The notes under the pieces were generated by a model. That model saw nothing but the letters and a program-made list of their open reading frames with translations, was not told the DNA's origin and did no database searches. This document shows positions 35,435-44,230 of a stretch of 64,000 nt of DNA, piece after piece (the stretch's first letter is position 1; every line of letters starts with the position of its first letter). A program made the translations under genes and the position numbers. This stretch comes from Myxococcota bacterium (GTDB taxonomy: Bacteria > Myxococcota_A > UBA796 > UBA2385): positions 256,001 to 320,000 of the forward strand of contig JBIJDH010000004.1 of NCBI GenBank assembly GCA_044344255.1. The letters are read 5' to 3'.

Positions 35435-38002
35435 TCAGGCCTGCCGCGCCTCGAGGGCCTCGATGCGGTCGAGGGCCTTGCGGAGCTTGTCCTGGAGGGC
35501 CTCGACGCTGCGCTGGAGCGTCGGGAGCTCCGCCCCCGGGCCCCCGCGCCGGAGCCCGCTCGCCAGTCGTCGCACGCGGGGGTGGTCCTGGGTGGCGAGG
35601 GAGGGCAGGGCCGCCTCGATCGCCGCCGCCGCCTCGGGGAGGCCGAGGGCGGAGAGCGCCCGCGCCGCCGCGATGCGGATGTTGTAGACCGGGTCACGGA
35701 GGAGCCCGACGAGGAGCTCGACGGCCTGCTCCTGGGCGGGCCGCGCGGACCAGCGGGCGGCGTCGGCGAGGGCCTCGACGGCGCCCACCCGCACCTGGGT
35801 GCGGTCGGTGACCGCGACGGCGCGGCCCCGAAGGTAGTGGACCGCGGCCTCGGTGCGCAGGGAGCCGAGGCCGGTGAGGGCGCCCTTGGCGGCTTGGCCC
35901 CACCACTCGGGGGCCTCGGCCCAGGCGACGAGCAGCGCCATATCGGCGGGATCGCGCTGCAGGCCGAGGTTTCGGAGGGCGGCAGCGGCGGCGCGGTAGG
36001 GGCGCTCGGGGAGGGCCAGCCAGGCGCGGAGGGCGGCGTGCACTTCCGGGTGACGCTGGCCGCCCACGGCGTCGAGGGTGCCCATCATGGCGCGGGGATC
36101 GACCTCCTCGGCGATCAGCGTGGCGAGGCCCTGCAGGGCGGCCTCGGAGCCGCCCTTGCCGAGGGCGGTCGCGTAGATCACGCGGATCCCCCAGCGCGGC
36201 TCGGCCCGCCAGGCCTCGACGACGGCGGCGACGTCGCTGGCGCGGCCCCCCTTGGCGAGGGTGTGGGCGGCGTGGAGGCGAGCGCTGACCGAGGTGGCGC
36301 CGAGGGAGCGGCGCAGCATGTCGGCGCCGGGATCGAAGTCCACCACGGCGAGCACGGCGCTCTCAGGGTCGATCTGCACCTGCAGCGGGGCGCTCGCCAG
36401 GGGGATCAGGAGGCTGTGGCGGGGGCCCGACAGGGGCAGGCGGTGGTGGCTCCAGCGCCCCTCCGCCTCCTCTACGGCGACGTCGAGCGGCAGGTCGAAG
36501 GCGCCCACCCCCCGCGCGGCGTCGATCTGGGTCTGGTCGACCGTGATCCGCAGCTCGCCGCGGCGTGCGTCGTGGTGGAGCTCCACCTTGAGGGTCGGGT
36601 GCCCGGGGCTCTCAAACCACTGCTCGAAGAAGCGCGCGAGGTAGAGGCCGCTTGTCGCCTCGATCTCGCGGCGGAAGTGGTCAGTCTCGACGACCTCTCC
36701 GCCGTAGTGGGAGAGGTAGCGTTGGACGCCCTTCCAGAAGGGTACATCGCCGACGATCTTCCGCAGCATGTGCAGGCGCACCGCCCCGCCTGGATAGAGG
36801 TGCCGGTCGAACATGTCCCAAGAGGAGTCGTATCGACGGGTGATGATGGGCCGCATGTAGCGGCCCTCGGCCTCGCCGAGGTACTCGACCTTCTCATTGT
36901 AGAGCTGGACGTGCATGGCCTCGAGGCTGTCCGTCTCTTCGAGCCAGACCGCCTCCATGTAGGTCGCCCAGCTCTCCTTGAGCCAGACATGGGCGAAGTC
37001 GCGCACCACGACGGCGTCGCCGAACCAGGAGTGGCTCATCTCGTGCAGGTTGACGAGGTCGACGAGGTGCCCGAACTCGGCCCGCCCGCGTTCGTCCTGC
37101 ACCCAGGCGTCGTCCCAGCTCACGAGGGAGATGTTCTCCATCGCGCCGCCGATCTGGTGCGCGGCGAACTGAAAATACTTTGGGAAAGGGAAGGGGACGC
37201 CAAGGCGGCCGACCAGCCAGTCCATCATCCCCGCGGTGGGGCCGAAGGTGCGGCTCAGGTCAGCGGCGGTGAAGGGCGGGGGCGCGAAGAAGGCGATCTC
37301 GAGGCCCTCGTGCCCGGGCGCGGTCGGGCGGCCGCCCTCGGCGCGGACGAGATCGCCCACGCAGAGACAGAGGAGGTAGGAGGGGGTGGGGTGCTCAAGC
37401 TCCCAGCGCACCGTGCGGGTGCCGTCGCCATGAGCCTCATCGCCGCGGGCGATGCCGCCGGCGAGGCTCGTGTGGCGGGCGAGGCTGCGGATGGAGATCG
37501 TCCAGCTCGGCCGCACGGAGGGATGATCCACGCAGGGGAGCCAGTAGCGAGCGCGCTCGGTCTCGTGATCGGTGGCCGCCCACTGCGGCTCGGCCGGGCG
37601 GGACGGATCGGCGGAGGAGAAGTGGAGGCCGGTGATGGGGCGCAGGGCCACCGAACAGACCGTGACCGGCCGGAGCTCTCCGGCCTCAAAGGGGGCCACC
37701 CAGGTGATGAAGAGGTGGGCGCCGTCGGTTCGCCACTGGAGGGCGCGCCCGTCCGGATCGTGGACGGCCTCGATCTCGAGGTCAATTGCGTCGAGCACGA
37801 GGGTCGGCCGGCCGCCGGCGATGGCGCGGACCCGGGTGGTGGCCTCTACCGTCGCTCGCCGTGCGGGGATGTCGAGCTGGAGGTTCAGATCGACGTGGAC
37901 GGGACAGAGCTCGGTGTCCGGCGCGTACTTGGGCGAGGCCCCCACGGCGAAGGCGGCCGCGGAGGCGGGGAGCGCAGGATCGAGGTCGTGTTGCCTGGGC
38001 AT
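35435..38002 (-). CDS. M1 family aminopeptidase with C-terminal HEAT-like repeats and coiled coil
   Basis: GGAMEN, HEMSHSWFG..WLKESWA (HEXXH-X18-E), Ala-rich helical repeats. Confidence 0.9.
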   Translation of the reverse strand: MPRQHDLDPALPASAAAFAVGASPKYAPDTELCPVHVDLNLQLDIPARRATVEATTRVRAIAGGRPTLVLDAIDLEIEAVHDPDGRALQWRTDGAHLFITWVAPFEAGELRPVTVCSVALRPITGLHFSSADPSRPAEPQWAATDHETERARYWLPCVDHPSVRPSWTISIRSLARHTSLAGGIARGDEAHGDGTRTVRWELEHPTPSYLLCLCVGDLVRAEGGRPTAPGHEGLEIAFFAPPPFTAADLSRTFGPTAGMMDWLVGRLGVPFPFPKYFQFAAHQIGGAMENISLVSWDDAWVQDERGRAEFGHLVDLVNLHEMSHSWFGDAVVVRDFAHVWLKESWATYMEAVWLEETDSLEAMHVQLYNEKVEYLGEAEGRYMRPIITRRYDSSWDMFDRHLYPGGAVRLHMLRKIVGDVPFWKGVQRYLSHYGGEVVETDHFRREIEATSGLYLARFFEQWFESPGHPTLKVELHHDARRGELRITVDQTQIDAARGVGAFDLPLDVAVEEAEGRWSHHRLPLSGPRHSLLIPLASAPLQVQIDPESAVLAVVDFDPGADMLRRSLGATSVSARLHAAHTLAKGGRASDVAAVVEAWRAEPRWGIRVIYATALGKGGSEAALQGLATLIAEEVDPRAMMGTLDAVGGQRHPEVHAALRAWLALPERPYRAAAAALRNLGLQRDPADMALLVAWAEAPEWWGQAAKGALTGLGSLRTEAAVHYLRGRAVAVTDRTQVRVGAVEALADAARWSARPAQEQAVELLVGLLRDPVYNIRIAAARALSALGLPEAAAAIEAALPSLATQDHPRVRRLASGLRRGGPGAELPTLQRSVEALQDKLRKALDRIEALEARQA

Positions 38003-38040
38003 GGGGGCTCCAGCGGCGGAGGGGCGCCGCGCGGTGAAGT

Positions 38041-38751
38041 TCAGAGACGGTCGCCGAAGAGCGCCGTGCCCACTCGGACCAGGGTGGCGCCGTGGCGGAT
38101 GGCGACCTCGAAGTCGTCGCTCATGCCCATGGACAGCTCCACCAAGGGGAGGCCGCGCGCCCGGCCCTCCCGCGCCAGCGCCGACATCGCCTCAAAGTAG
38201 GGGGCGGCGGCCTCCGGGTCCTCCGCCCAGGGGGGGATGGTCATCAAGCCGCGGAGCCGGACGTCGGGGAGGGCGGCGAGCGCGGCGCAGAGGTCGAGCA
38301 CCGTGGCCGGCGCGACGCCCGCCTTGCTCTCCTCGCCGCCGATGTTCACCTCGACGAGGATGGCGACGGGGCCGGGATCCTGGCCGCGCTCGGCGAGGTT
38401 CCGCCGGCGCTTGCCGATCTCCTGGGCGAGCTCGAGGCTGTCCACCGTGTGGATGAGCGCGACCTCCCCCACCACGTTCCGGACCTTGTTCTTCTGCAGG
38501 GGGCCGATGAAGTGCCACTCGACGGGCGGGAGGTCTTGCCGTTCGGCGAAGGCGGCCCGCTTGTCCCGGAGCTCCTGGGCCCGGTTCTCTCCGAGGAGGG
38601 TCTGTCCGTCGAGGACGGCGGCGGCCAGCCGGTCTGCGGGCACCGTCTTGCTGGCGGCGAGGAGGCGGACGGAGCCCGGCCTGCGACCGGCGGCCTCGGT
38701 GGCGGCGGCGACGCGGGCGAGGAGCTCGGCGCGGCGGGCGGCGAAGGTCAT
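38041..38751 (-). CDS. yggS: PLP homeostasis protein YggS
   Basis: AASKT, GENRAQE, WHFIGPLQKNK, GLMTIPP, LSMGMSDD, VRVGTALFG; ATG 38751 overlaps the maf stop. Confidence 0.93.
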   Translation of the reverse strand: MTFAARRAELLARVAAATEAAGRRPGSVRLLAASKTVPADRLAAAVLDGQTLLGENRAQELRDKRAAFAERQDLPPVEWHFIGPLQKNKVRNVVGEVALIHTVDSLELAQEIGKRRRNLAERGQDPGPVAILVEVNIGGEESKAGVAPATVLDLCAALAALPDVRLRGLMTIPPWAEDPEAAAPYFEAMSALAREGRARGLPLVELSMGMSDDFEVAIRHGATLVRVGTALFGDRL

Positions 38752-39491
38752 GCGGCCCCCGAGGGGTGGATGCCGACCGTGGCGAGCGCGGCCAGCACCT
38801 CGACGAGGGGGAGGCCGACCACGTTGGTGTGGCTGCCCACCACCCGGTCGATGAGCGCGGCGCCCGCGCCTTGGATGCCGTACCCGCCTGCCTTGTCGCG
38901 GCCCTCGCCCGTCGCGACGTAGGCCCAGACCTCCGCCTCGCGCAGCCCCCGGAACCGCACCCGGGAGGTGCGGTGGCCCCGCAGGACCCGCCCCTCGCCG
39001 CGGAGGCACCAGGCCGTGGTGACGCTGTGCCAGGCGCCGGCGAGGGCGCGGAGGAAGCGGGCGGCCTCCTCGTCGTCGACGGGCTTCTCGAAGAGGGCGG
39101 GCCCCAGGTGCACGACGGTGTCCGCAGAGAGGGCAAAGCCGGCCGCGACCTCGATCGCGCCCGCCTTCTCGACGGAGAGGCGCCGCGCATAGGCCACCGC
39201 GGCCTCTCCCGGGCGGGGCGCCTCGGGGATCTGAGGGGGCCTCACCGCGGCGATGCGGATGCCGGCGGTCTCCAAGAGCTGGCGGCGGCGCGGGGAGGCG
39301 CTCGCCAACGTCAGGGGAGGGCAGGGGGCGAGCGAGGGCGCAGACAGCGGCGGCTCCGAGACGGGGCGGCCCCCTAACCGGCGCCGCGCGCGGAGGCGTC
39401 CGGGGGGGCCGCCCGTGGGCCGCCCGTGGGCCGCCGTCGTGCGCCCACTGGTGAGCGACCAGTCTCCGGAATATTCTGGGACTGACCCCAA
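38748..39491 (-). CDS. maf: Maf-family nucleoside triphosphate pyrophosphatase
   Basis: LASASPRR, ADTVV, EKP, DKAGGYGIQG, NVVGLP; true start probably downstream of 39491 (unresolved). Confidence 0.88.
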   Translation of the reverse strand: MGSVPEYSGDWSLTSGRTTAAHGRPTGGPPGRLRARRRLGGRPVSEPPLSAPSLAPCPPLTLASASPRRRQLLETAGIRIAAVRPPQIPEAPRPGEAAVAYARRLSVEKAGAIEVAAGFALSADTVVHLGPALFEKPVDDEEAARFLRALAGAWHSVTTAWCLRGEGRVLRGHRTSRVRFRGLREAEVWAYVATGEGRDKAGGYGIQGAGAALIDRVVGSHTNVVGLPLVEVLAALATVGIHPSGAA

Positions 39492-40234
39492 TGACGAGCG
39501 AAATGCTGAGGAGCGTCATGCCCCGCGACCTGAGCCGAGAGGCGGCCCTCATCGCGGCCCGCAGCCAGCGCGACCGCCAGAGCCTGGAGCGGGTCTGGCG
39601 GGCCAGCCGAAGGGAGCGCCTGTCGCTGGCGCTCGTCTTCGCGCTCGTGGGCGCCAGCGCCGCCTTCTTCCTCCCCTTTGAGCGGGACGCCACGCTGCTC
39701 CGGGCGGGTGTGGTGGTCTTCACCGTCGGTCTCTGCGGCGTCGCCCTGCGCGGCGCCGCCCGAGCGCGCGCCGAGCTCCGAGGCCCCCTCGATCGCTGTG
39801 AGGCCCGCTGCGCCGCGCGGCCTCGGGTGCGGGTGTTCGAGGCGTCCGTGAGCCGGGTGCTGACCGCCACTGATGAGGGCGGAGAGGGTCTGTCCTGGTG
39901 GTTCTTCATCGGCCCCGACGGCTCGGCCCTCCTGGTCGAGGACGCCGAGCTGTCGGTCGAGCGGCCCGCGCAGTGGCGCGCCTCGCTCACCCTCGTCGTC
40001 GACGGCATGGGAGAGGGCCTCTTTGTCGAGACGACGGGCGCGCCGGTGCCCTTCTCCAATCGCGCCTTGCAGCCCCCCGACTTCCTGCCGCAGCCCGACA
40101 GCCTCTATTGGACCGCGGGCGAATCGGAAGGGGAGGGGGAGGGGGAGGGGGAGGGGGATCGGGTGGCGACACCCTGTCGTATCCCGGCCGCGACGCTGCC
40201 CGACGAGGCCGGTCAGGGGCCGCTCCACACGTAG
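39491..40234 (+). CDS. Hypothetical 2-TM membrane protein
   Basis: Two hydrophobic helices, host-like codon usage, short (GE)n tract near the C-terminus. Confidence 0.6.
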   Translation: MTSEMLRSVMPRDLSREAALIAARSQRDRQSLERVWRASRRERLSLALVFALVGASAAFFLPFERDATLLRAGVVVFTVGLCGVALRGAARARAELRGPLDRCEARCAARPRVRVFEASVSRVLTATDEGGEGLSWWFFIGPDGSALLVEDAELSVERPAQWRASLTLVVDGMGEGLFVETTGAPVPFSNRALQPPDFLPQPDSLYWTAGESEGEGEGEGEGDRVATPCRIPAATLPDEAGQGPLHT

Positions 40235-41088
40235 GCCGCGACCCCCTCGCTCGTATAGCCGTAGACGGCCACGGCGGCGTCGCGCTCCTCGGCGCTGAGC
40301 GTATAGAAGTGGTCGCCAGTGGTGCCGGAGTACAACCGATAGAGGGGCACTGAGCCGCAGGTCTCGGCGGTGGCCACCCAGCCGACGACCAGGTCGACGG
40401 CGAGGCCGATCTCGCAGGTGGAGGAGAGGGTGAGGAAGCGCTGGCCGTTGCCCTTGTCGCAGCGATAGAGCGGGGAGAGGGCGGCGGACTCTGCTGGATA
40501 GACGTAGAAGTAGGGGTCGGACTCGATCGACTGGCCGGCGTTCGCCGCCTCGGCGGGGTCGAGGCCGTAGATGTGGCCGTAGGGGCCGCCGCTCCGATAG
40601 ACATCGACCCGACAGGAGAGGTCCTCGTCACAGGCGCCGTCGCAGTCGTCATCGGCGCCGTCACAGGTCTCGACAGGCGGCGCGCAGGTGGGGATGCAGG
40701 GGTCTGCGCAGTCCAGCGCGCCGACGCTCCCGCAGGAGGTGGAGCAGGCCGCGGCGGGCACACAGGTGTCCTCCTGTTCGCAGCCGGTGGCCAGCGTGCC
40801 GTCGCAGTCGGCCCAGCCGGGGTCACAGGCGCCGAGCGCGCACTCGCCGTCCACGCACGCGGCCTCTCCCTGGTCGATCAGGCAGGTGCGGCCGCAGGCG
40901 CCGCAGTTGCGGGGATCGGTGGCGAGGTCTACGCAGAGGTCGTCGCAGCGGTCGGCCTCGCAGGCCTCGGCCTCGGGAGAGAAGCCGACGGGATCGGGCT
41001 CCTCGCCTTTGGTGGACGAGATCTCCGCGCAGGCTCCGAAGAGGCAGAGCAGGGGCGCGGCCAGGGAGGCGCGGGGGGCCCGCTTCAA
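40213..41088 (-). CDS. Cys-rich lipoprotein with myxobacterial-type repeats and DUF5648-like C-terminal domain
   Basis: TTG 41088 overlaps the upstream TGA; LFGAC lipobox; CVDLATDPRNCGACG, ETCDGADDDCDG, PLYRLY..DHFYT. Confidence 0.75.
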   Translation of the reverse strand: MKRAPRASLAAPLLCLFGACAEISSTKGEEPDPVGFSPEAEACEADRCDDLCVDLATDPRNCGACGRTCLIDQGEAACVDGECALGACDPGWADCDGTLATGCEQEDTCVPAAACSTSCGSVGALDCADPCIPTCAPPVETCDGADDDCDGACDEDLSCRVDVYRSGGPYGHIYGLDPAEAANAGQSIESDPYFYVYPAESAALSPLYRCDKGNGQRFLTLSSTCEIGLAVDLVVGWVATAETCGSVPLYRLYSGTTGDHFYTLSAEERDAAVAVYGYTSEGVAAYVWSGP

Positions 41089-42515
41089 GCGAGGAGCTCC
41101 GGGAGGTCGTCGGTGGTCTCTCCGCCGTTGAAGCCGAAGGACTCCGTCTCGAGCCCGATGGCCCGCAGGATCGTGAGGTGGGCGCTGCTCAAATTGCCGC
41201 CCACCTCTCGGACGTGCACCCCCGGGTTCAAGGCGCCGTTTGCGCCGCCGGCGAGCACGATCGGCATCTCGGCCACCGAGTGCTGATAGCCCTCTCCGTA
41301 CTCGGAGCACCCGTAGACGAGGGCGCGGTCGAGGATGCTGCGGCCCGTCGGATCGACGGCGGCCGAGAGGTGATCGAGGAAGGCGGCGAAGCAGCTCATC
41401 TGCAAGGAGGTGACCGCGTAGACAGACTCCCACTCGCCGTTGTGACAGACGGTGTGCATGTCGGAGACGACGCCGAGCTCGCTGAAGACGTGGGTGGTCG
41501 CGGGGGACGTCAACATGAAGCTGAAGCTGCGGGTGATGTTGCAGGCCAGACCGAGGGAGAGGAGCTCGGCCAGGGTGTTCGTCTGGGTGTACAGATCTCC
41601 GCTGCTCGTGGGGAGCGGAGGGCTGCCGCACTCGATGTCGCCGAGATCGAGGCGGCGCTGCACCTCATAGAGGTGCTCGAGGTGGTCGTCGAGGCGCTGC
41701 TGGTCTTCGCTCCCGAGGCGACCGCGGAGATCGGCGGCGTCCTCGAGCACGGCGTCGAGCAGCCGGGCCCGGCGGCCGGACTCGGCGTCGCCAGTGGGCT
41801 GCCCGAAGAGGAGCTCGTAGAGGCGGCTCGGATCGGTGACCGGCGCGATGGGGGCATCAGGCCCGCTGTAGCTGATCGCGTTCCAGTGCCCGTAATCATG
41901 GAAGCGGGCGGTGCTGACCCCGAGGACGAGGCTCCGATAGGGGCTCGGATACGTGGCGTAGAACCGAGGGTCCTCGGCGACGACCTGTTCCAGCGTGGGG
42001 CGGAGGCAGGTGAGCGTGTGGCTCGGGTGGTCGAAGCCCTCGCTGCGGGGCCGGTCCGAGGTGAGCGAGACCATGAAGCCCCGCATGTGGCCGTCGCTCT
42101 GACCGTCCGGCTCGGTCGGGATCTCCGTCCATGGGGTGAGCCCGCTGATCACGCTCACGCGGTGGGGGCTGAGCGGGCTCAGCAGGGGCGTGTAGGCGAA
42201 GTCGGGGCCGGTGGTCGTGGGGGTCCAGTAATCCGCGCCGGCCGCCTGAAGCGATCCGTGACCGGCGTGCCAGGGGGCGCCTCCGCCCCAGAAGAAGACC
42301 CCGAAGATCGGCCCCAGCGCCGCCTCATCGGCGCGGGCGCGCCCGGTGAGCATGGCGTCGAGGGTGGGGAGGGCGAGGGCGACGGGCGCGCCGCGCACGA
42401 GGCCCCGCAGCACGGCGCGGCGGGAGAGTGAGGCCGCCCCGATACGAGGGCGCGTCCAGCCGGAGAGGTCCCAGAGGGGGCTCCGGGAGGGCAGCTTGGG
42501 CCGATCGTGGCTCAT
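41085..42515 (-). CDS. DUF1552-family protein (Tat signal)
   Basis: LSRRAVLRG..LALPTLDAM, LDDHL..LYEVQRRL, HS..EMPIVLAGG. Confidence 0.8.
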   Translation of the reverse strand: MSHDRPKLPSRSPLWDLSGWTRPRIGAASLSRRAVLRGLVRGAPVALALPTLDAMLTGRARADEAALGPIFGVFFWGGGAPWHAGHGSLQAAGADYWTPTTTGPDFAYTPLLSPLSPHRVSVISGLTPWTEIPTEPDGQSDGHMRGFMVSLTSDRPRSEGFDHPSHTLTCLRPTLEQVVAEDPRFYATYPSPYRSLVLGVSTARFHDYGHWNAISYSGPDAPIAPVTDPSRLYELLFGQPTGDAESGRRARLLDAVLEDAADLRGRLGSEDQQRLDDHLEHLYEVQRRLDLGDIECGSPPLPTSSGDLYTQTNTLAELLSLGLACNITRSFSFMLTSPATTHVFSELGVVSDMHTVCHNGEWESVYAVTSLQMSCFAAFLDHLSAAVDPTGRSILDRALVYGCSEYGEGYQHSVAEMPIVLAGGANGALNPGVHVREVGGNLSSAHLTILRAIGLETESFGFNGGETTDDLPELLA

Positions 42516-44188
42516 GGGGTCCCTCCAGCGGCGGTCTCGGCGCCTCCGGCCGGCTCGGCGCCTCCGGTGTTGGGGGCGGCGATGACGCGGAAGGTGGGGT
42601 GGGTCACGAGGCGGACGACGAGCGAGAGGTAGCGGTGATCGTCGGCCGCGAAGCTATCGGAGAGCTCGGCGAGGGTGGCCTCGTCGGCCTCGGTGTCGAG
42701 GCGGCCGTGGGCGTGGCGGAAGAGCTGGCGGACCATGCAGGGGCCGACCCGGTCGTCGGTGGCGAGGAGGTCGCCGAGGGCGCCGGCGTCGGCCAGGGGC
42801 ACTCCCATGAGGTCCCCGGAGGCGTCAATCGGCTGCCCGGCGTCCTGGTCGCGCCAGGCGCCGATGGCGTCGAAGTGCTCGAAGAGGTAGCCCGGCGGAT
42901 CGGTGAGGCTGTGGCAGCCCGAGCAGGCCGGATCTTCGCGGTGCTGTTCGAGGCGTTCGCGGAGGGTGACGGCGCCTTCGTCCTCGTCATCGAGCTCGGT
43001 GGCGACGTCGGGCGGCGGCGGCGGCACCGTGGTGCAGAGCACGCGCTCCAGCACGTACTTCCCGCGCAAGGTCGGTGAGGTGGAGACGGCGTGGGCGTTC
43101 ATCGTGAGGAAGGCGCCCAGGCCGAGGATGCCGACCCGCTGCCCGTCGGCGGGGAGCTCGACGGGGACGAAGGCCACCGCGGAGGCGCCGGGCGCCGTGA
43201 CCCCGTAGTGGGCCGCCAGCTCACTGTTCACGAAGGCCCGTCGCTCGCTCCACAGCCCGCGGATGTCGGCGGGCTGTCGCCAGATGAGGTCATCGACCAG
43301 CAGGAGGACCTCCGAGCGCATCGCCGAGCGGAGGGTGGGGGTGAAGGTGGGGAAGGTGGCCGGATCGGGGGCGGCGCGGTCGAGGCGGGCGAGGTCGAGG
43401 TACTGCTCGAAGAAGGCCTCTGTGGCCTCTCGGGCCCGCTCGTCGGCGAGGAGGCGGGTGGCCTGGGCCTCGAGGCCCTCCGGCGTGGAGAGGAGGCCGG
43501 CGGCGGCGGCGTCTTGGAGCTGGCGGTCCGGCGGGGCCTCCCAGAGCAGGAAGCTCAGCCGCGCGGCGAGCTCCCAGTCGGTGAGCACGCGGAGGCTCGG
43601 GTCTGTGGGATGCGGGGTGCCGATCTCGGTCCGATAGACCACCCAGGGGGACTGGAGCATGCCGCTCGTGGCGGAGCGGAGGCCGCGCCAGACGTCGCCC
43701 TCGGAGAGGGTGTCGGTGACCGAGCGCCAACGGGCGGCCTCGATCTCGGTGAGGGGGCGGCGGTAGGCCCGCCGCCCGAAGTCTTCGAGGAAGGCGGCGA
43801 CGCAGGGGTCAGCGGCGGTGGTGGGAGCGCAGCCGACGAGGGCCTCCCGGCGAGCAGGGTCACTGAAGACCTCGGCGGTGACCGCGTCGGCGGCCTCCTC
43901 GAGGAGCTGCACCCCGGACTCGGAGAGGGCCTCGGTCGAGGCGCCGATGCTGGCGAAGAGGTAGGGGTAGGTGTCCTCCTGCAGGCTCACCGGCGCGGTC
44001 TCCCCGAAGAGCTCCAGCAACAGGGCCCGGTATTGGCGGGTGGTCAAGCGCGCGAAGGGGGCCTCGGCGTAGGTGATCTCTCGCGCCTCGGTGGAGGGCT
44101 CGCTCGACCCCCCCTCAAAGCCGGGGGAGCAGGCCGAGAGCGAGGCCTGGGCGGAGAGCAGCAGCGGGACGCAGGCGCGGGGGGACAA
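42512..44188 (-). CDS. DUF1592/DUF1588/DUF1595-family protein with a CxxCH motif
   Basis: RLT..QY, AYRRPL, ELAARLSFLLW..PPD, TSPTLRG, TLRERLEQH..CSGCH..DPPG..FE.FDAIG.WR. Confidence 0.85.
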   Translation of the reverse strand: MSPRACVPLLLSAQASLSACSPGFEGGSSEPSTEAREITYAEAPFARLTTRQYRALLLELFGETAPVSLQEDTYPYLFASIGASTEALSESGVQLLEEAADAVTAEVFSDPARREALVGCAPTTAADPCVAAFLEDFGRRAYRRPLTEIEAARWRSVTDTLSEGDVWRGLRSATSGMLQSPWVVYRTEIGTPHPTDPSLRVLTDWELAARLSFLLWEAPPDRQLQDAAAAGLLSTPEGLEAQATRLLADERAREATEAFFEQYLDLARLDRAAPDPATFPTFTPTLRSAMRSEVLLLVDDLIWRQPADIRGLWSERRAFVNSELAAHYGVTAPGASAVAFVPVELPADGQRVGILGLGAFLTMNAHAVSTSPTLRGKYVLERVLCTTVPPPPPDVATELDDEDEGAVTLRERLEQHREDPACSGCHSLTDPPGYLFEHFDAIGAWRDQDAGQPIDASGDLMGVPLADAGALGDLLATDDRVGPCMVRQLFRHAHGRLDTEADEATLAELSDSFAADDHRYLSLVVRLVTHPTFRVIAAPNTGGAEPAGGAETAAGGTP

Positions 44189-44230
44189 GCGACCTCCGGG
44201 GCGGCGTCTACCGCAGCCCGGCCCATCGTA

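Noticed and set aside
38752..40059. Long N-terminal extension of the YggS ORF (672 aa)
   Set aside because: Overlaps maf in another frame and a plus-strand gene; YggS homology starts at ATG 38751.
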